A DNA stretch of 64,000 bases, taken from Candidatus Caccovivens sp. Its GTDB lineage: Bacteria > Bacillota > Clostridia > Christensenellales > UBA1242. Made by a program: the position numbers and the translations under genes. The notes below the pieces were generated by a model that saw only the letters and a program-made list of their open reading frames with translations, was not told the DNA's origin and did no database searches. The DNA lies in assembly GCA_051888935.1 (NCBI GenBank), contig JBJFCL010000006.1:10558-74557 (forward strand), read 5' to 3'. Below are positions 51,404-61,739 of this stretch, piece by piece; the first letter of the stretch is position 1; every line of letters begins with the position of its first letter.

Positions 51404-53428
51404 TTATACTCTCATTCCAAGTTCTTCTGGTGAATATGCCCCAAACAGACCAATTGCCACTTTGAAGTTGTAGTTAACTCCATTTTGAGATTTGTCTTTG
51501 ACGATATCGAAATAGATTTCCATATAATCGCAACCGTCCTCGCCAGCAAACATAGCAGGATTGAGTGTGACAAATGAGCCATAGGAAGAGGAATTGTTGA
51601 GTTGATAATAGTCTTTTGCTTTGCTTGTGCCGGTTATCAACTTTCTGTAACCGCCGTCAACAGCCTCGCCATCAATTCTTGGGTCGATTGCCCCTTCTCC
51701 AATATCGCGATTGAAATCGGTCTTGAATGAGAAATCACTTGGCGTGGCGATTTGATATTGTCCTTGCTCTTTTTCGCTGTAACCGATATAACAAGTGTTG
51801 TCTCCCCAAACGCCGTCTGTGTTTTTTCCACGAGTGATGGAAAGTGGTGTTGAAGTTTGTGCAGTCACAGTGTAGCCGTTTGCACTCTTGCTGTAATATC
51901 TCACGCCCACATTGATTTGAAGAGCGTCCAGCATGGTCTTTCCTGCCACCTCTTCGTTATATTCAAACGCCAACCACAAATCATGAATATATTTCAAATT
52001 TCCATCTTTTGAAATTTGGTCAGCAAGTGGATAGAGCACAAAACTTTGATATTCTGCCGTTGGAACATAATGGAAAAGATACTCATTCTTTTCATCATTC
52101 TTGCCATCTGGCGTGTTGTAGTTCAAGAAGAAATTGTCTGCTTCATAGTCAGTTATTTGTGAAACAGGATAGTTGTTTCCAAGTGTGAGTGGAGTTCCGT
52201 CACTTTTGATTCCAATTGGTGCTTTCTCACACGCATAACTTATGATGTTTTCAATGATTTTGTCATAGTTTCTGTTGAAGTTTAATGTTTCATTTGCATG
52301 TTCGGTGTCTGAACTTTCTGCTCCTGTTGTTGTGTCTTTAACAAAATTTGTGAATGACACTTGAAATTTTTCAGGACTGTCGATTCCAATCACTTTGTCT
52401 CTGATGAACTTTGCAAGTTGTTCTCTGTTTTTGTCCGTAAGCCCAACATAGTTTCCGACCTCGTTGTATCTTGCTTTGACCTTTCCAAGTGCGTCAACAA
52501 CTGAAATATTTTCTCCCTCATAGTTTACTTTGACATCATTGACGCTTCCATCAGCAGAATTAAAATCTGGCGTGAAGTCAAAATATGGTGCATCTGCTTC
52601 AATGGAATAGTCATATCCCAAAACAAACAGATATGTTGCATATTCCAACGCGTCTTGATAATAGTTTTGAAGTCCTGTCACTTCATTTCCGTCCTTATCT
52701 TTATTGTAATAAGGCGAAAGCCAATAATCTTTATAAGCATTTCCATCGCTGTCTTTTTCTGTTCCATCAACCCCGTTATTACTATCATAAACTGAGAGAT
52801 AGTTTGGACCTAATCCATCTTTATATAACTGAGTCCAGTCACCATCAAACATCAATTTATCAATATCTAATGTGTATGTGCCTATATTGTTGTTAACATT
52901 GCTCACAACATTTTGTTCAAAATTTGGAGTGTTGTAAAAAACAATTTTCTTACCTATGGCATCATATGGGAGATTCCAATTCCAATCTTTTGAAAAGTCC
53001 AGTGTGATTGTTTGAGACATAATGTACCCACTTTCTCTGACAGTCTTGACATCTGTTATCGTGTAACGAATGGAGTCATATAAATAATATTTGTTGTCAC
53101 TTTCTTCACCTATTGTAAAGCCATTGTTTTTGTCTATTTCTTTTAGATAAAACTCTTTTTCTCCTGGGGTATAACCCATGTTGTTGTATGAATTATACAA
53201 ACCTGCCATTATTTCTCTTGCAAAAAGATTGTAATAATTTTCAGAAAAATTGCCGACTGCGTCAGAAAAAGAATAATCAGCAGGACGAGAAAGAACCTTT
53301 GCTCCTGCAAGTGACTGGGTGCTTGTTCCATCAATTTCTCCACCACCGCCAAATTCACAGCCCGCAAAGAGCAAAAACATACAACAAAGAAGTAATGATA
53401 AAAATCTAAATTTCTTTTGTCTTTTCAT
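51404..53428 (-). CDS. Large lipoprotein of unknown function
   Basis: Has a signal peptide with lipobox LLFAGC; 674 aa with no recognised catalytic motif. Confidence 0.6.
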   Translation of the reverse strand: MKRQKKFRFLSLLLCCMFLLFAGCEFGGGGEIDGTSTQSLAGAKVLSRPADYSFSDAVGNFSENYYNLFAREIMAGLYNSYNNMGYTPGEKEFYLKEIDKNNGFTIGEESDNKYYLYDSIRYTITDVKTVRESGYIMSQTITLDFSKDWNWNLPYDAIGKKIVFYNTPNFEQNVVSNVNNNIGTYTLDIDKLMFDGDWTQLYKDGLGPNYLSVYDSNNGVDGTEKDSDGNAYKDYWLSPYYNKDKDGNEVTGLQNYYQDALEYATYLFVLGYDYSIEADAPYFDFTPDFNSADGSVNDVKVNYEGENISVVDALGKVKARYNEVGNYVGLTDKNREQLAKFIRDKVIGIDSPEKFQVSFTNFVKDTTTGAESSDTEHANETLNFNRNYDKIIENIISYACEKAPIGIKSDGTPLTLGNNYPVSQITDYEADNFFLNYNTPDGKNDEKNEYLFHYVPTAEYQSFVLYPLADQISKDGNLKYIHDLWLAFEYNEEVAGKTMLDALQINVGVRYYSKSANGYTVTAQTSTPLSITRGKNTDGVWGDNTCYIGYSEKEQGQYQIATPSDFSFKTDFNRDIGEGAIDPRIDGEAVDGGYRKLITGTSKAKDYYQLNNSSSYGSFVTLNPAMFAGEDGCDYMEIYFDIVKDKSQNGVNYNFKVAIGLFGAYSPEELGMRV

Positions 53429-53470
53429 ATTGATATCATATCACAAAAATATAAAAAAAACAAGGAATTA

Positions 53471-55393
53471 TTACAATTCCATGTCTTTTTCTGTGTTTGA
53501 TGCTGTTTCGTCATAGGAAATCTCATAACGATAATCAGGATTTTCAACAACATAACTCACTGTTTCAACTGGTGTGTAAAGATTTGCGTTTTCTTTATCC
53601 AAGGTTGTCTCTTCATAAGTTGTCACAAACCATTTTCCATCTTTATCTTCAATCACATTGTAATTGTCACCATTTGTGTTTGTTGTGGCAGCAACGCCAA
53701 CGCCTACCCATTTACATTCATTTCCATCATTGACAAGATAGTAATGTGTCCAGTATTTCATGCCAGCACTTTCATTACTTTTTGGTGTTGCAAAACTGAA
53801 CACAACATTTTCTGAACTGAGTCCGTCAACTTTTGTTCCAGGGTTTGAAATATCACCACCTTGATATCCAACTTCTGCCAAACGATTGAAGATGTTTGTG
53901 GTCATCACATCAAAATCGTTTTGATTCATTGTTGTGTCGATTTGAATACCTTCTGAGCGAGAAAAAGCACGCCATGTAACAGAATTCAAATATTCAACAA
54001 AGTCGCTGGAAGTTGCAATTTGTCCATTTGCAAGATTTTCAAACAAAGCAGAATCTTTGATTGAAACATTTCTCAAATATGTCACGCCATCAACATCATG
54101 CACAATTCCCATTGAGAATTTTTCATTTGTCACATCAAAATATGCAATTTTGCCAAATTCAACATTATTAGAAACCCCACTCATCAAATATGCAAGAGCG
54201 TCTTCATTCCATTGATTGTTGCCTTTAAACCAATCGTCCATGATTTCGTTCAAAAGTGTGATATTGAAATCATAGTTGCCTTGTTCATCCACTGTGTAAA
54301 TCTTGTCGCTCACAACTGCGATTGTGTCGTCTTTTACATTCGTTGGCATTGTCACTTTTGTTGAACCAACATTTGAAACCACTGCTGATGCTGATGATGA
54401 TATCAACTCAGCGCCGCTGTCTGTGATTGTAAAGTAAACTTCGCCATCAATATTTGACCCAACAAATGTGTTGGAGTTTTGGTCATAACTTTCCCAAGAG
54501 CAAGAATCAAGAAAATCTTCAATTCCGCTCAAAACTGCTTTGTAATCACTTGTTTGTGCGTCGCTTGCGTAATTTTTGTGCCAATAATTGTCATTTCCAA
54601 ATGAATAAACATAAAGTTTGTCTGCTTCTGTGGTGTAAAAGTTTATGTCTCCATTTTGGTTGTAATAAACAGTGCCGTCATTCACTTTGAGAATGTTTTG
54701 ATCAAGTCCACTGTATGTGTGATATGTGTAGTTTGTTCCAAGACTGTCAACAAAAGCGTCAATTTTTTCAACTGGAACTTGTTCAATTGTGTCATCAATC
54801 ACATTTTGAGGAAAAACTACATTTGTGTTTTCAATGTCGCTGATGCTCATTGTTCCAGCAGGAGTTGAAATTGTTGCACCATCAGATGTAAGTTGCATTT
54901 CAACAGATTCTTTCGTGTTGAAAACCTTGCCTTCGCCTTTGTATGTCTTTGTGCTTTCGTCATAACTTGTGAAGTTGAAACTATCAAAAATGTCTTGCAA
55001 TTCTTGTGTTGCAGATTCAACTGTCACATAATCACCTGTTGCATATGACTTATGCCAATTTTGGTCGCCCAAGATTTCAAATGTATAAACATTGTTTTTG
55101 CTGTCAGTAAATGTGTACTTTTCAACTCCATTTTCATTGACATAAACTTTGTCTTCGTCAACCTTGACAGTCTTGTCAACAACATTGCTTCCTTTTCCAT
55201 AAGAAGATGTCACTGTGTAATCATCTTTGATTGTTGAAGCAAATCTTTCAACTTCTTGTGTTGGAATTGGAGTTGGTTTTGGAGTTGGTGTGACTGTTGG
55301 ACCACAAGCAGCGAGTGACAAAACAGAAAATGGGATTGCCAAAGCACAAATTACTTTTAATATTTTATGACTTTTCAAATGTTTTTTTCTCAT
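53471..55393 (-). CDS. Large lipoprotein with an internally duplicated domain
   Basis: Has lipobox LSLAAC and a Pro/Thr linker. Two ~150-aa repeats are present (..NWHKSYATGDY.. / ..YWHKNYASDAQ..). Confidence 0.6.
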   Translation of the reverse strand: MRKKHLKSHKILKVICALAIPFSVLSLAACGPTVTPTPKPTPIPTQEVERFASTIKDDYTVTSSYGKGSNVVDKTVKVDEDKVYVNENGVEKYTFTDSKNNVYTFEILGDQNWHKSYATGDYVTVESATQELQDIFDSFNFTSYDESTKTYKGEGKVFNTKESVEMQLTSDGATISTPAGTMSISDIENTNVVFPQNVIDDTIEQVPVEKIDAFVDSLGTNYTYHTYSGLDQNILKVNDGTVYYNQNGDINFYTTEADKLYVYSFGNDNYWHKNYASDAQTSDYKAVLSGIEDFLDSCSWESYDQNSNTFVGSNIDGEVYFTITDSGAELISSSASAVVSNVGSTKVTMPTNVKDDTIAVVSDKIYTVDEQGNYDFNITLLNEIMDDWFKGNNQWNEDALAYLMSGVSNNVEFGKIAYFDVTNEKFSMGIVHDVDGVTYLRNVSIKDSALFENLANGQIATSSDFVEYLNSVTWRAFSRSEGIQIDTTMNQNDFDVMTTNIFNRLAEVGYQGGDISNPGTKVDGLSSENVVFSFATPKSNESAGMKYWTHYYLVNDGNECKWVGVGVAATTNTNGDNYNVIEDKDGKWFVTTYEETTLDKENANLYTPVETVSYVVENPDYRYEISYDETASNTEKDMEL

Positions 55394-55452
55394 AATTTCC
55401 CCCTTAGTTTAAACTATTATACAACATTCTTTTCAATTTTGCAATACCTAAT

Positions 55453-56274
55453 TTAATTTATTCTCATAAAAAAGAACAAATACTGCTGGGCATAACCAGA
55501 AAAACAACCAAATTCATCGGTTAGATTGTATCTAATTTTTTCTCGATTCTCCTCTGGCACATAAAATTTGTTATACATTTTTGCAATCCATGTGTCAACT
55601 GGAAAGACATCTCCTCGTCCATATCCAAACAAAAGCACGCAATCCGCCACTTTTGGACCAACTCCTGCAAGTTCAATGAGTTTGTTTCGCAGGTCTTTGG
55701 TCGGCAAATTTTGCCAATCTTTCAAAGCGTCCTCATCAATTTGACGCACCACTTTATAGAGATATTTTGCTCTATAACCCGCCCCAATGTCCGAAAAAAA
55801 TTGCTCATCAACTTTCAAAAGTTGTTCTCGCGTTGGAAATGCATAAAAATCTCCCATATTTGTCCCCAATCTTTCACGCAAACGATTTAAAATCAGTTGA
55901 ATCCTCTTGATGTTGTTGTTTGCTGACACTATAAAAGAAATCAGCGTCTCAAACAAGTTTTGTCTCAAAATCCTGATGCCATGACCAAACTTGATGGGTT
56001 CTTGCAAAATTTTATGCTTTGAAAGTTCTTTCTTAACTTCACCATAATCAGTTTTTAAGTCAAAAAAGTTTTCAAAATAATTTGGTGAATCTGTTTTAAT
56101 CAAATACCCCTCGGCAGTTTCATAAACTTTGGCACTCTTGTCCCATGACAGCACTTGATAACCATAATCGGATTTTTTATATGAAAAAATTTGCCCACAC
56201 TCCAAGATATGCTCGGCATCAAAGTCGTCTTTTCCAAATATTTGAATATAATCTTTTCCTATTTCGTATTTCAT
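55453..56274 (-). CDS. ogg: 8-oxoguanine DNA glycosylase/AP lyase (Ogg, HhH-GPD)
   Basis: Carries LRQNLFETLISFIVSANNNIKRI and LAGVGPKVADCVLLFGYGRGDVFPVDTW. Confidence 0.75.
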   Translation of the reverse strand: MKYEIGKDYIQIFGKDDFDAEHILECGQIFSYKKSDYGYQVLSWDKSAKVYETAEGYLIKTDSPNYFENFFDLKTDYGEVKKELSKHKILQEPIKFGHGIRILRQNLFETLISFIVSANNNIKRIQLILNRLRERLGTNMGDFYAFPTREQLLKVDEQFFSDIGAGYRAKYLYKVVRQIDEDALKDWQNLPTKDLRNKLIELAGVGPKVADCVLLFGYGRGDVFPVDTWIAKMYNKFYVPEENREKIRYNLTDEFGCFSGYAQQYLFFFMRIN

Positions 56275-56284
56275 TTTTTCCTAA

Positions 56285-56307
56285 CAAAAAAGGGCTTTAC
56301 AGCCCTT
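56285..56307 (-). terminator. Terminator of the rplU-prp-rpmA operon
   Basis: AAGGGCT-TTAC-AGCCCTT, followed on the minus strand by a T-run. Confidence 0.55.
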
Positions 56308-56310
56308 AAA

Positions 56311-56583
56311 TTATTCAGCAATAACTGAAACGATATTTTTTCCGTTGCTCTTTCCAAAAGCCACTTTGCCGTCTTTGAGAGCAAAAAGTGTGTAGTCCTT
56401 TCCAAGACCAACATTTGCACCTGGATAAACCTCAGTGCCACGCTGTCTAACAATAATTGAACCAGCAGTTACAAACTCACCAGCATATGCCTTGACGCCA
56501 AGACGCTTGCTTTGAGAATCTCTTCCGTTTTTGGTTGAACCGCCACCTTTCTTGTGAGCAAAAAGTTGTAAGTTAATCAACAT
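56311..56583 (-). CDS. rpmA: 50S ribosomal protein L27 with an N-terminal propeptide
   Basis: [23 protein letters not shown]..; a Firmicute-type extension cleaved by Prp. Confidence 0.9.
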   Translation of the reverse strand: MLINLQLFAHKKGGGSTKNGRDSQSKRLGVKAYAGEFVTAGSIIVRQRGTEVYPGANVGLGKDYTLFALKDGKVAFGKSNGKNIVSVIAE

Positions 56584-56893
56584 CTTCTCTAACCTCCATT
56601 TTTACAAACTTAGCATAGTTTTTTTGAATATCTTCCAAAGTAAGTTCCATCGCCTTCAAAATTGGCTGGGCTTTTTCAAGGTCGCTGTCCACAATCAAAT
56701 GCAAATATCCATCTTTTATGTCACTCTGCACATCAAGTTTCAAAACTTCCTTCAATCCCACAAGTGCCATTTGGCTTGCAACTGAAATCGCACTGCACAC
56801 AATGTCACTGCCCTCATCAGCATAACCGCTATGCCCTTTAATTTGAAATTCAAAAATCTTGCCTTTCTTTTTAAAAATCGTAATCTTTGTCAT
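56573..56893 (-). CDS. prp: Ribosomal-processing cysteine protease Prp
   Basis: Carries [18 protein letters not shown] and sits between rplU and rpmA. Confidence 0.8.
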   Translation of the reverse strand: MTKITIFKKKGKIFEFQIKGHSGYADEGSDIVCSAISVASQMALVGLKEVLKLDVQSDIKDGYLHLIVDSDLEKAQPILKAMELTLEDIQKNYAKFVKMEVREDVD

Positions 56894-56894
56894 A

Positions 56895-57203
56895 TTACAT
56901 CTTTATTGAAACAATTTTAATTTCTGTCCAAGGTTGTCTGTGACCTTGTTTCTTGCGTTCATTTTTCTTAGGTTTGTATTTGTATACAACAATTTTGTCA
57001 CCTTTTCCATGAGCAAGAATTTCAGCAACAACTTCCGCTGTCTTAACAATAGGTGAACCAGCAACTGTCTTGTTTCCGTCAGAAACCAAAAGTACATCCA
57101 AATTGAACTTGTCACCAACGGCCTTTTCAAGTTTTTCAACTCTAAGCACATCGTTTTCTGTGACATTATACTGTTTTCCACCTGTCTGAACTACTGCAAA
57201 CAT
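56895..57203 (-). CDS. rplU: 50S ribosomal protein L21
   Basis: MFAVVQTGGKQYNV..; 102 aa. Confidence 0.9.
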   Translation of the reverse strand: MFAVVQTGGKQYNVTENDVLRVEKLEKAVGDKFNLDVLLVSDGNKTVAGSPIVKTAEVVAEILAHGKGDKIVVYKYKPKKNERKKQGHRQPWTEIKIVSIKM

Positions 57204-57319
57204 CTTTCTTACCTCCTCTAACCAAACTCGCTGTATAAGGTGTGGAATAATTTTTTACAACTTTTTATATTTTTTTGCAAAAATCCAACTTAAACCCGTT
57301 CCATGCGGATACATTGCAT

Positions 57320-57348
57320 ATTGTAACAAAAAACAACATATTTGTCAA
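57320..57348 (-). promoter_or_regulatory. Promoter of the rplU operon (followed by a ~110-nt leader)
   Basis: On the minus strand: TTGACA (57348-43), a 17-nt spacer, then TACAAT (57325-20). Confidence 0.5.
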
Positions 57349-57409
57349 GGTTTTTAAGATAATAAAATAAAATAATGATAGAAAAGTTCTCGCATTGAAA
57401 CAGATATAT

Positions 57410-57438
57410 CTTGACATTGTCCCGTACACACGATATAA
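57410..57438 (+). promoter_or_regulatory. Consensus sigma-70-type promoter of the WG-repeat gene
   Basis: TTGACA (57410-15), a 17-nt spacer, then TATAAT (57433-38). Confidence 0.55.
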
Positions 57439-57468
57439 TTGATTATTAAATATTAGGAGGAAAAACTT

Positions 57469-58443
57469 ATGACAAATAATTATAAAGTAGTAAAACGTTC
57501 TGACGGCTCCTATACTTATAAAAATGAAACAACAGAAAAAATTCTGGATTATCATTTCGTGGATGCAAAAAAAATTTGTGAAGGTTTTGGAAGAGTCCTT
57601 TTGGAAAATGGTTATTGGTCTTTGTTTGACGCAAAAACAGGAAAAATGCTAAAAGTTTCTTTTAAATGTATGGGCTCAATTCATGAAGGTTTTTCTTTTG
57701 TTCTCTTAGACAATGGCTATTGGTCTTATTTAAATCTCAAATCAAAAAAAGTTTTAAAAAAGCAATTCCGCAATGTTTGTCATGTTTCAGAAAGTTTTGG
57801 TGTTGTTCAATTAGAAAACGACTATTTGGCTTATTTCAATCCAAAAACTGGAAGTATCTCGAAATTATGTTTTAAAGATGCTTGGGATATTCACGATGGT
57901 TTTGGGCGTGTTATGTTAGAAAATGGTTCGTGGTCGTATTTCAACCCACAAACAGAAGAACTAATAGATATGCATTTCGAAAAAGTAAGAAATCTTTCCG
58001 AAGGAATTGGTGCTGTTCAATTAAAAGATGGTTGGACTTATTTCAACCCTAAAACTGGAAAACTTTTGAAAAAACGATTCGAAAATGTTGGTGATATTTC
58101 CGAAGGATTTGGTGCCGTTCAATTAGATAATGGATTTTGGACTTATTTCAATATAAAAACAGGTAAAATTCTTGACTTTCAATTTAAAGAAGCAAATGAA
58201 ATTCACAACGGTTTTGGTATGGTCCAATTGGAAGATGGCTCCTATACATATATTGATGTAAAATCAAAAACCTTATTTAAACTTAGAAGTGACTCTAAGT
58301 TGAATAAGCATGTAAAAAAAGAAGAGAAAATCGCAGAATTTGTTAAAGAAAAAATCACACTCGAAAATCAAGGACTAAAATCGGAAAATAAGGAAGCCAT
58401 GAAAGTTTCAAATAAGAATGACGGAGGGATTGAAAGACCATAA
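57469..58443 (+). CDS. WG-repeat (KWG-like) protein
   Basis: About 8 tandem ~35-aa repeats of type (E/D)GFGxVxLENGxW(S/T)YFNxKTGK. Confidence 0.7.
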   Translation: MTNNYKVVKRSDGSYTYKNETTEKILDYHFVDAKKICEGFGRVLLENGYWSLFDAKTGKMLKVSFKCMGSIHEGFSFVLLDNGYWSYLNLKSKKVLKKQFRNVCHVSESFGVVQLENDYLAYFNPKTGSISKLCFKDAWDIHDGFGRVMLENGSWSYFNPQTEELIDMHFEKVRNLSEGIGAVQLKDGWTYFNPKTGKLLKKRFENVGDISEGFGAVQLDNGFWTYFNIKTGKILDFQFKEANEIHNGFGMVQLEDGSYTYIDVKSKTLFKLRSDSKLNKHVKKEEKIAEFVKEKITLENQGLKSENKEAMKVSNKNDGGIERP

Positions 58444-58502
58444 AAAATTAAAAAAAGGCTGATTTTCAGTCTTTTTTTATATATTAAACTTAAAAATTGA
58501 CT

Positions 58503-59408
58503 TTAAATTTCTTTTTGCTTTTTCAAATAATCTTCAAAATAGTCAGGCAATTTTGCTTCAAAAGTCATAAAATCTTGCGTTCTTGGGTGAGTGAATGAAA
58601 GTTTGTATGCATGTAAAAGTTGTCCATTTAAGTCTTTTACTTCATGACCATATGTCTTATCTCCGACTACTGAGTGACCGAGATATTTTGCATGAACTCT
58701 GATTTGATGTGTTCTTCCTGTTTGAAGAGAAAACTCCACCAAACAACATTTTTCAAAGCGTTTTGACACTTTAAAATCAGTTATTGCAACTCTTCCAGAG
58801 TCCTGCACGCTCATTTTTTTGCGGTCTTTTGGGTCGCGTTTGATGAAAGTTTGCACTCTCCCCTCGTTTTCTTTAAGATTTCCTTCCAAAATTGCCAAAT
58901 AATTTCTATGACAAGACTTGTTTTTAATTTGTTCTGCCAAACTCAAATGAGCAAAGTCATTTTTTGCCACCACCAATAGTCCACTTGTATCTTTATCTAG
59001 ACGATGCACAATCCCAGGTCGTAACTGCCCATTTATTCCACTTAAATTTGAAAGTCTCAACAAAAGTCCGTTTACCAATGTTCCACTTTTAGTTGACGAA
59101 CATGGATGAACAACTAGACCTTGCGGTTTGTTAATAACTGCCAAGTCATCGTCCTCGTAAACAATTTCAAAATCCACTTTTTCCGCTTCTGTGGAGATTT
59201 TTTCTGGTTCTTTGACAGTAACTTCAATCTTCATGCCCACTTTAAGATTCAATCCTGCTTTTGAAATCTTGCCATTTGTCAAAATATCGCCATTTTCAAT
59301 CATGTTTTTTATGTGTGAGCGTGAAAATTCTGGAAATTTGTCCATCAAAAAAACATCAAGTCTCTGACCTTTTTCATCTTCTTTCACAACAATAGTTTTA
59401 TTTTGCAT
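58503..59408 (-). CDS. rluD: RluA-family 23S rRNA pseudouridine synthase (RluD-like) with an S4 domain
   Basis: Carries HRLDKDTSGLLVVAK and sits downstream of lspA as in Bacillus. Confidence 0.85.
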   Translation of the reverse strand: MQNKTIVVKEDEKGQRLDVFLMDKFPEFSRSHIKNMIENGDILTNGKISKAGLNLKVGMKIEVTVKEPEKISTEAEKVDFEIVYEDDDLAVINKPQGLVVHPCSSTKSGTLVNGLLLRLSNLSGINGQLRPGIVHRLDKDTSGLLVVAKNDFAHLSLAEQIKNKSCHRNYLAILEGNLKENEGRVQTFIKRDPKDRKKMSVQDSGRVAITDFKVSKRFEKCCLVEFSLQTGRTHQIRVHAKYLGHSVVGDKTYGHEVKDLNGQLLHAYKLSFTHPRTQDFMTFEAKLPDYFEDYLKKQKEI

Positions 59409-59943
59409 TTGTATCGTCCTTTGGTTTTTCAGTCTTTCTGTTTTTCAAAAAATAAATGAGCAAATACACCAAAAATAAAACTACACCAACAGTCAGTGCC
59501 ACATCGGCAAAATTGAAAACTGGAAAAGATTTCCAAAAATCAAATTGAATAAAATCTCTTACATATCCAAAAAATAGTCTATCATAAAGGTTTCCAAAAC
59601 AACCTGCAAACAAAAAACCGAATGTTATGTTTAGAAGCCAAGTTTTGTTTTGTTCTTTGATATAATAAACAATAAAAATTCCCAAAAAAATCAGTGTCAA
59701 CACAATCAAAAACACTTGTTTTCCAGCAAGCATACCCCATGCTGCGCCATAATTATGCACCAGTTTAAAGTTAAAAAGGTATGGAATGACAGTAATCACA
59801 CTTCCATCAGCGAGTTGTGCATCAAAAACATATTTGGTCACCAAATCTAGCACCAAAATCGATACAAAAATTGACATCATCACCGAAAATTTAATCCAAA
59901 AATCTTTTTTCACAAAAATATCCTTTATTTTAATCTCTTTCAA
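59398..59943 (-). CDS. lspA: Lipoprotein signal peptidase II
   Basis: Carries NYGAAWGML, GNLYDRLFFGYVRDFI and FNFADV, with four TM segments. Confidence 0.85.
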   Translation of the reverse strand: MKEIKIKDIFVKKDFWIKFSVMMSIFVSILVLDLVTKYVFDAQLADGSVITVIPYLFNFKLVHNYGAAWGMLAGKQVFLIVLTLIFLGIFIVYYIKEQNKTWLLNITFGFLFAGCFGNLYDRLFFGYVRDFIQFDFWKSFPVFNFADVALTVGVVLFLVYLLIYFLKNRKTEKPKDDTNAK

Positions 59944-60292
59944 GTTCCATATTTTTAGGCAAAAATATGTAGAGATTTTTGTCCACCATTTCTTGACTAG
60001 CTTCCAAAATGTCTATGACTCCTGCAAAATAATCCAATATCTTGTTTTTTTCTAATGTGTTGCAACCTCTAAAATCAAGAAAAAATGGAGTATCTTTTTT
60101 CAAAAGTTCCACCTTATCTTTGCAATCTTCAAAATTCTCAGGATAAAAAACCTTGATTCCATCAATTTCGTCTGGCAATTTTTGTGTTACTTTCAAATTA
60201 TATGACGCTTTGGATTCTTTCTTTTTCTTGACAACCTTGACATCATCACCTTCAAATCCAAAAAATCTATAAATATAATTCATCAGCCCCAT
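59930..60292 (-). CDS. sepF: Cell division protein SepF
   Basis: 120 aa. The C-terminal domain reads FYPENFEDCKDKVELLKKDTPFFLDF..YFAGVIDIL. Confidence 0.7.
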   Translation of the reverse strand: MGLMNYIYRFFGFEGDDVKVVKKKKESKASYNLKVTQKLPDEIDGIKVFYPENFEDCKDKVELLKKDTPFFLDFRGCNTLEKNKILDYFAGVIDILEASQEMVDKNLYIFLPKNMELERD

Positions 60293-60382
60293 AAATTTTT
60301 CTCCATTTATTTGATTTTAACACAATTAACCATCTTTTGCAAATTTTTGACTTATATTTATTTTGGGAGTTTAAATTAAGAT

Positions 60383-60414
60383 AAAAAAAAGATTGCAAAC
60401 GCAATCTTTTTTTA
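60383..60414 (-). terminator. Terminator after tuf
   Basis: AAGATTGC-AAAC-GCAATCTT flanked by an A-run and a T-run. Confidence 0.6.
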
Positions 60415-60420
60415 TTCGTA

Positions 60421-61623
60421 TTATTCGATGATTTGTGAAACAACACCTGAACCAACTGTTCTGCCACCTTCACGGATAGCGAAACGAAGTCCTTGTTCAA
60501 TAGCGATTTCTTTTGAAAGTTCAATTGTCATCTTAATGTTGTCACCAGGCATAACCATTTCAACACCAGCAGGAAGTTCAATTGTTCCTGTAACATCAGT
60601 TGTTCTGAAATAGAATTGAGGTCTATAACCATTGAAGAATGGTGTGTGGCGTCCGCCTTCTTCCTTCTTCAATACGTAAACTTCGGCAGCAAATTTTGTG
60701 TGTGGGTGAATTGTGCCAGGTTTGCAAAGAACTTGTCCTCTTTCGATTTCAGTTCTTTGAATACCACGAAGAAGAATACCAACGTTGTATCCTGCAATAC
60801 CTTCGTTAACAGTCTTTCTGAACATTTCAACGCCAGTTACAACTGTTTGTTTCTTAGCGCCCATACCAACGATTTCAACAACGTCGTTAATCTTTACAAC
60901 ACCTCTTTCAATTCTTCCTGTGGCAACAGTTCCACGACCAGTGATTGTGAATACGTCTTCAACAGGCATAAGGAAAGGTTTGTCTGTATCTCTTTCAGGT
61001 TCTGGAATATAAGAATCCAAAGCATCAAGAAGTTCTTGAATGCAAGCGCAAGCAGGGTCAGCAACATTTCCAGCTTGAGCTGCTTCCAAAGCTTTAAGAG
61101 CGGAACCTTTGATAATTGGAGTTGTGTCTCCTGGGAAACCATATTCAGAGAGCAAATCTCTGATTTCCATTTCAACGAGATCCAAAAGTTCTGGGTCGTC
61201 AACTTGATCAGTTTTGTTCATGAAAACAACGATGTAAGGAACACCAACCTGTCTTGCAAGCAAGATGTGTTCTCTTGTCTGTGGCATAGGACCATCTGTT
61301 GCAGCAACAACAAGGATAGCACCGTCCATTTGTGCAGCACCTGTAATCATGTTTTTAACATAGTCAGCGTGTCCTGGGCAGTCAACGTGAGCATAGTGAC
61401 GCTTGTCAGTTTGATACTCAACGTGTGCTGTGTTGATTGTGATTCCTCTTGCCTTTTCTTCTGGGGCCTTATCGATTTCGTCATATCTCATTTTCTGAGC
61501 GTAACCCTTTGCAGCACTGTACATTGTGATAGCAGCAGTAAGGGTTGTTTTACCATGGTCAACGTGGCCGATAGTACCAACGTTAACGTGAGGTTTTGTA
61601 TTATCATATACACCTGTAGCCAT
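60421..61623 (-). CDS. tuf: Elongation factor Tu
   Basis: Carries [15 protein letters not shown] and NKTD; 400 aa. Confidence 0.97.
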   Translation of the reverse strand: MATGVYDNTKPHVNVGTIGHVDHGKTTLTAAITMYSAAKGYAQKMRYDEIDKAPEEKARGITINTAHVEYQTDKRHYAHVDCPGHADYVKNMITGAAQMDGAILVVAATDGPMPQTREHILLARQVGVPYIVVFMNKTDQVDDPELLDLVEMEIRDLLSEYGFPGDTTPIIKGSALKALEAAQAGNVADPACACIQELLDALDSYIPEPERDTDKPFLMPVEDVFTITGRGTVATGRIERGVVKINDVVEIVGMGAKKQTVVTGVEMFRKTVNEGIAGYNVGILLRGIQRTEIERGQVLCKPGTIHPHTKFAAEVYVLKKEEGGRHTPFFNGYRPQFYFRTTDVTGTIELPAGVEMVMPGDNIKMTIELSKEIAIEQGLRFAIREGGRTVGSGVVSQIIE

Positions 61624-61739
61624 TTTTAATATCTCCTTTTTATAATCTACCTTGACATTTTAACATATAATTTGAAAATGTCAAAACAATTTTGCACAAA
61701 TTTTAAAATTTTTACTAGATTTTGGCAAATTCGCAAAAA

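Noticed and set aside
56271-56453. A 60-aa ORF overlaps rpmA, and a 96-aa ORF at 57265-57555 lies in the rplU leader and promoter region.
   Set aside because: The first is an alternative frame of the conserved L27 gene. The second spans two divergent promoters and the start of the WG-repeat gene, and its translation is Phe/Ile-rich.
60616-61629. A 337-aa plus-strand ORF lies antisense to tuf, along with other antisense or alternative-frame ORFs in tuf and fusA (e.g. 62294-62860 and 62301-62795).
   Set aside because: These lie entirely within highly conserved EF-Tu and EF-G genes. Their low-complexity Cys/Ser/Phe-rich translations are typical of shadow ORFs.
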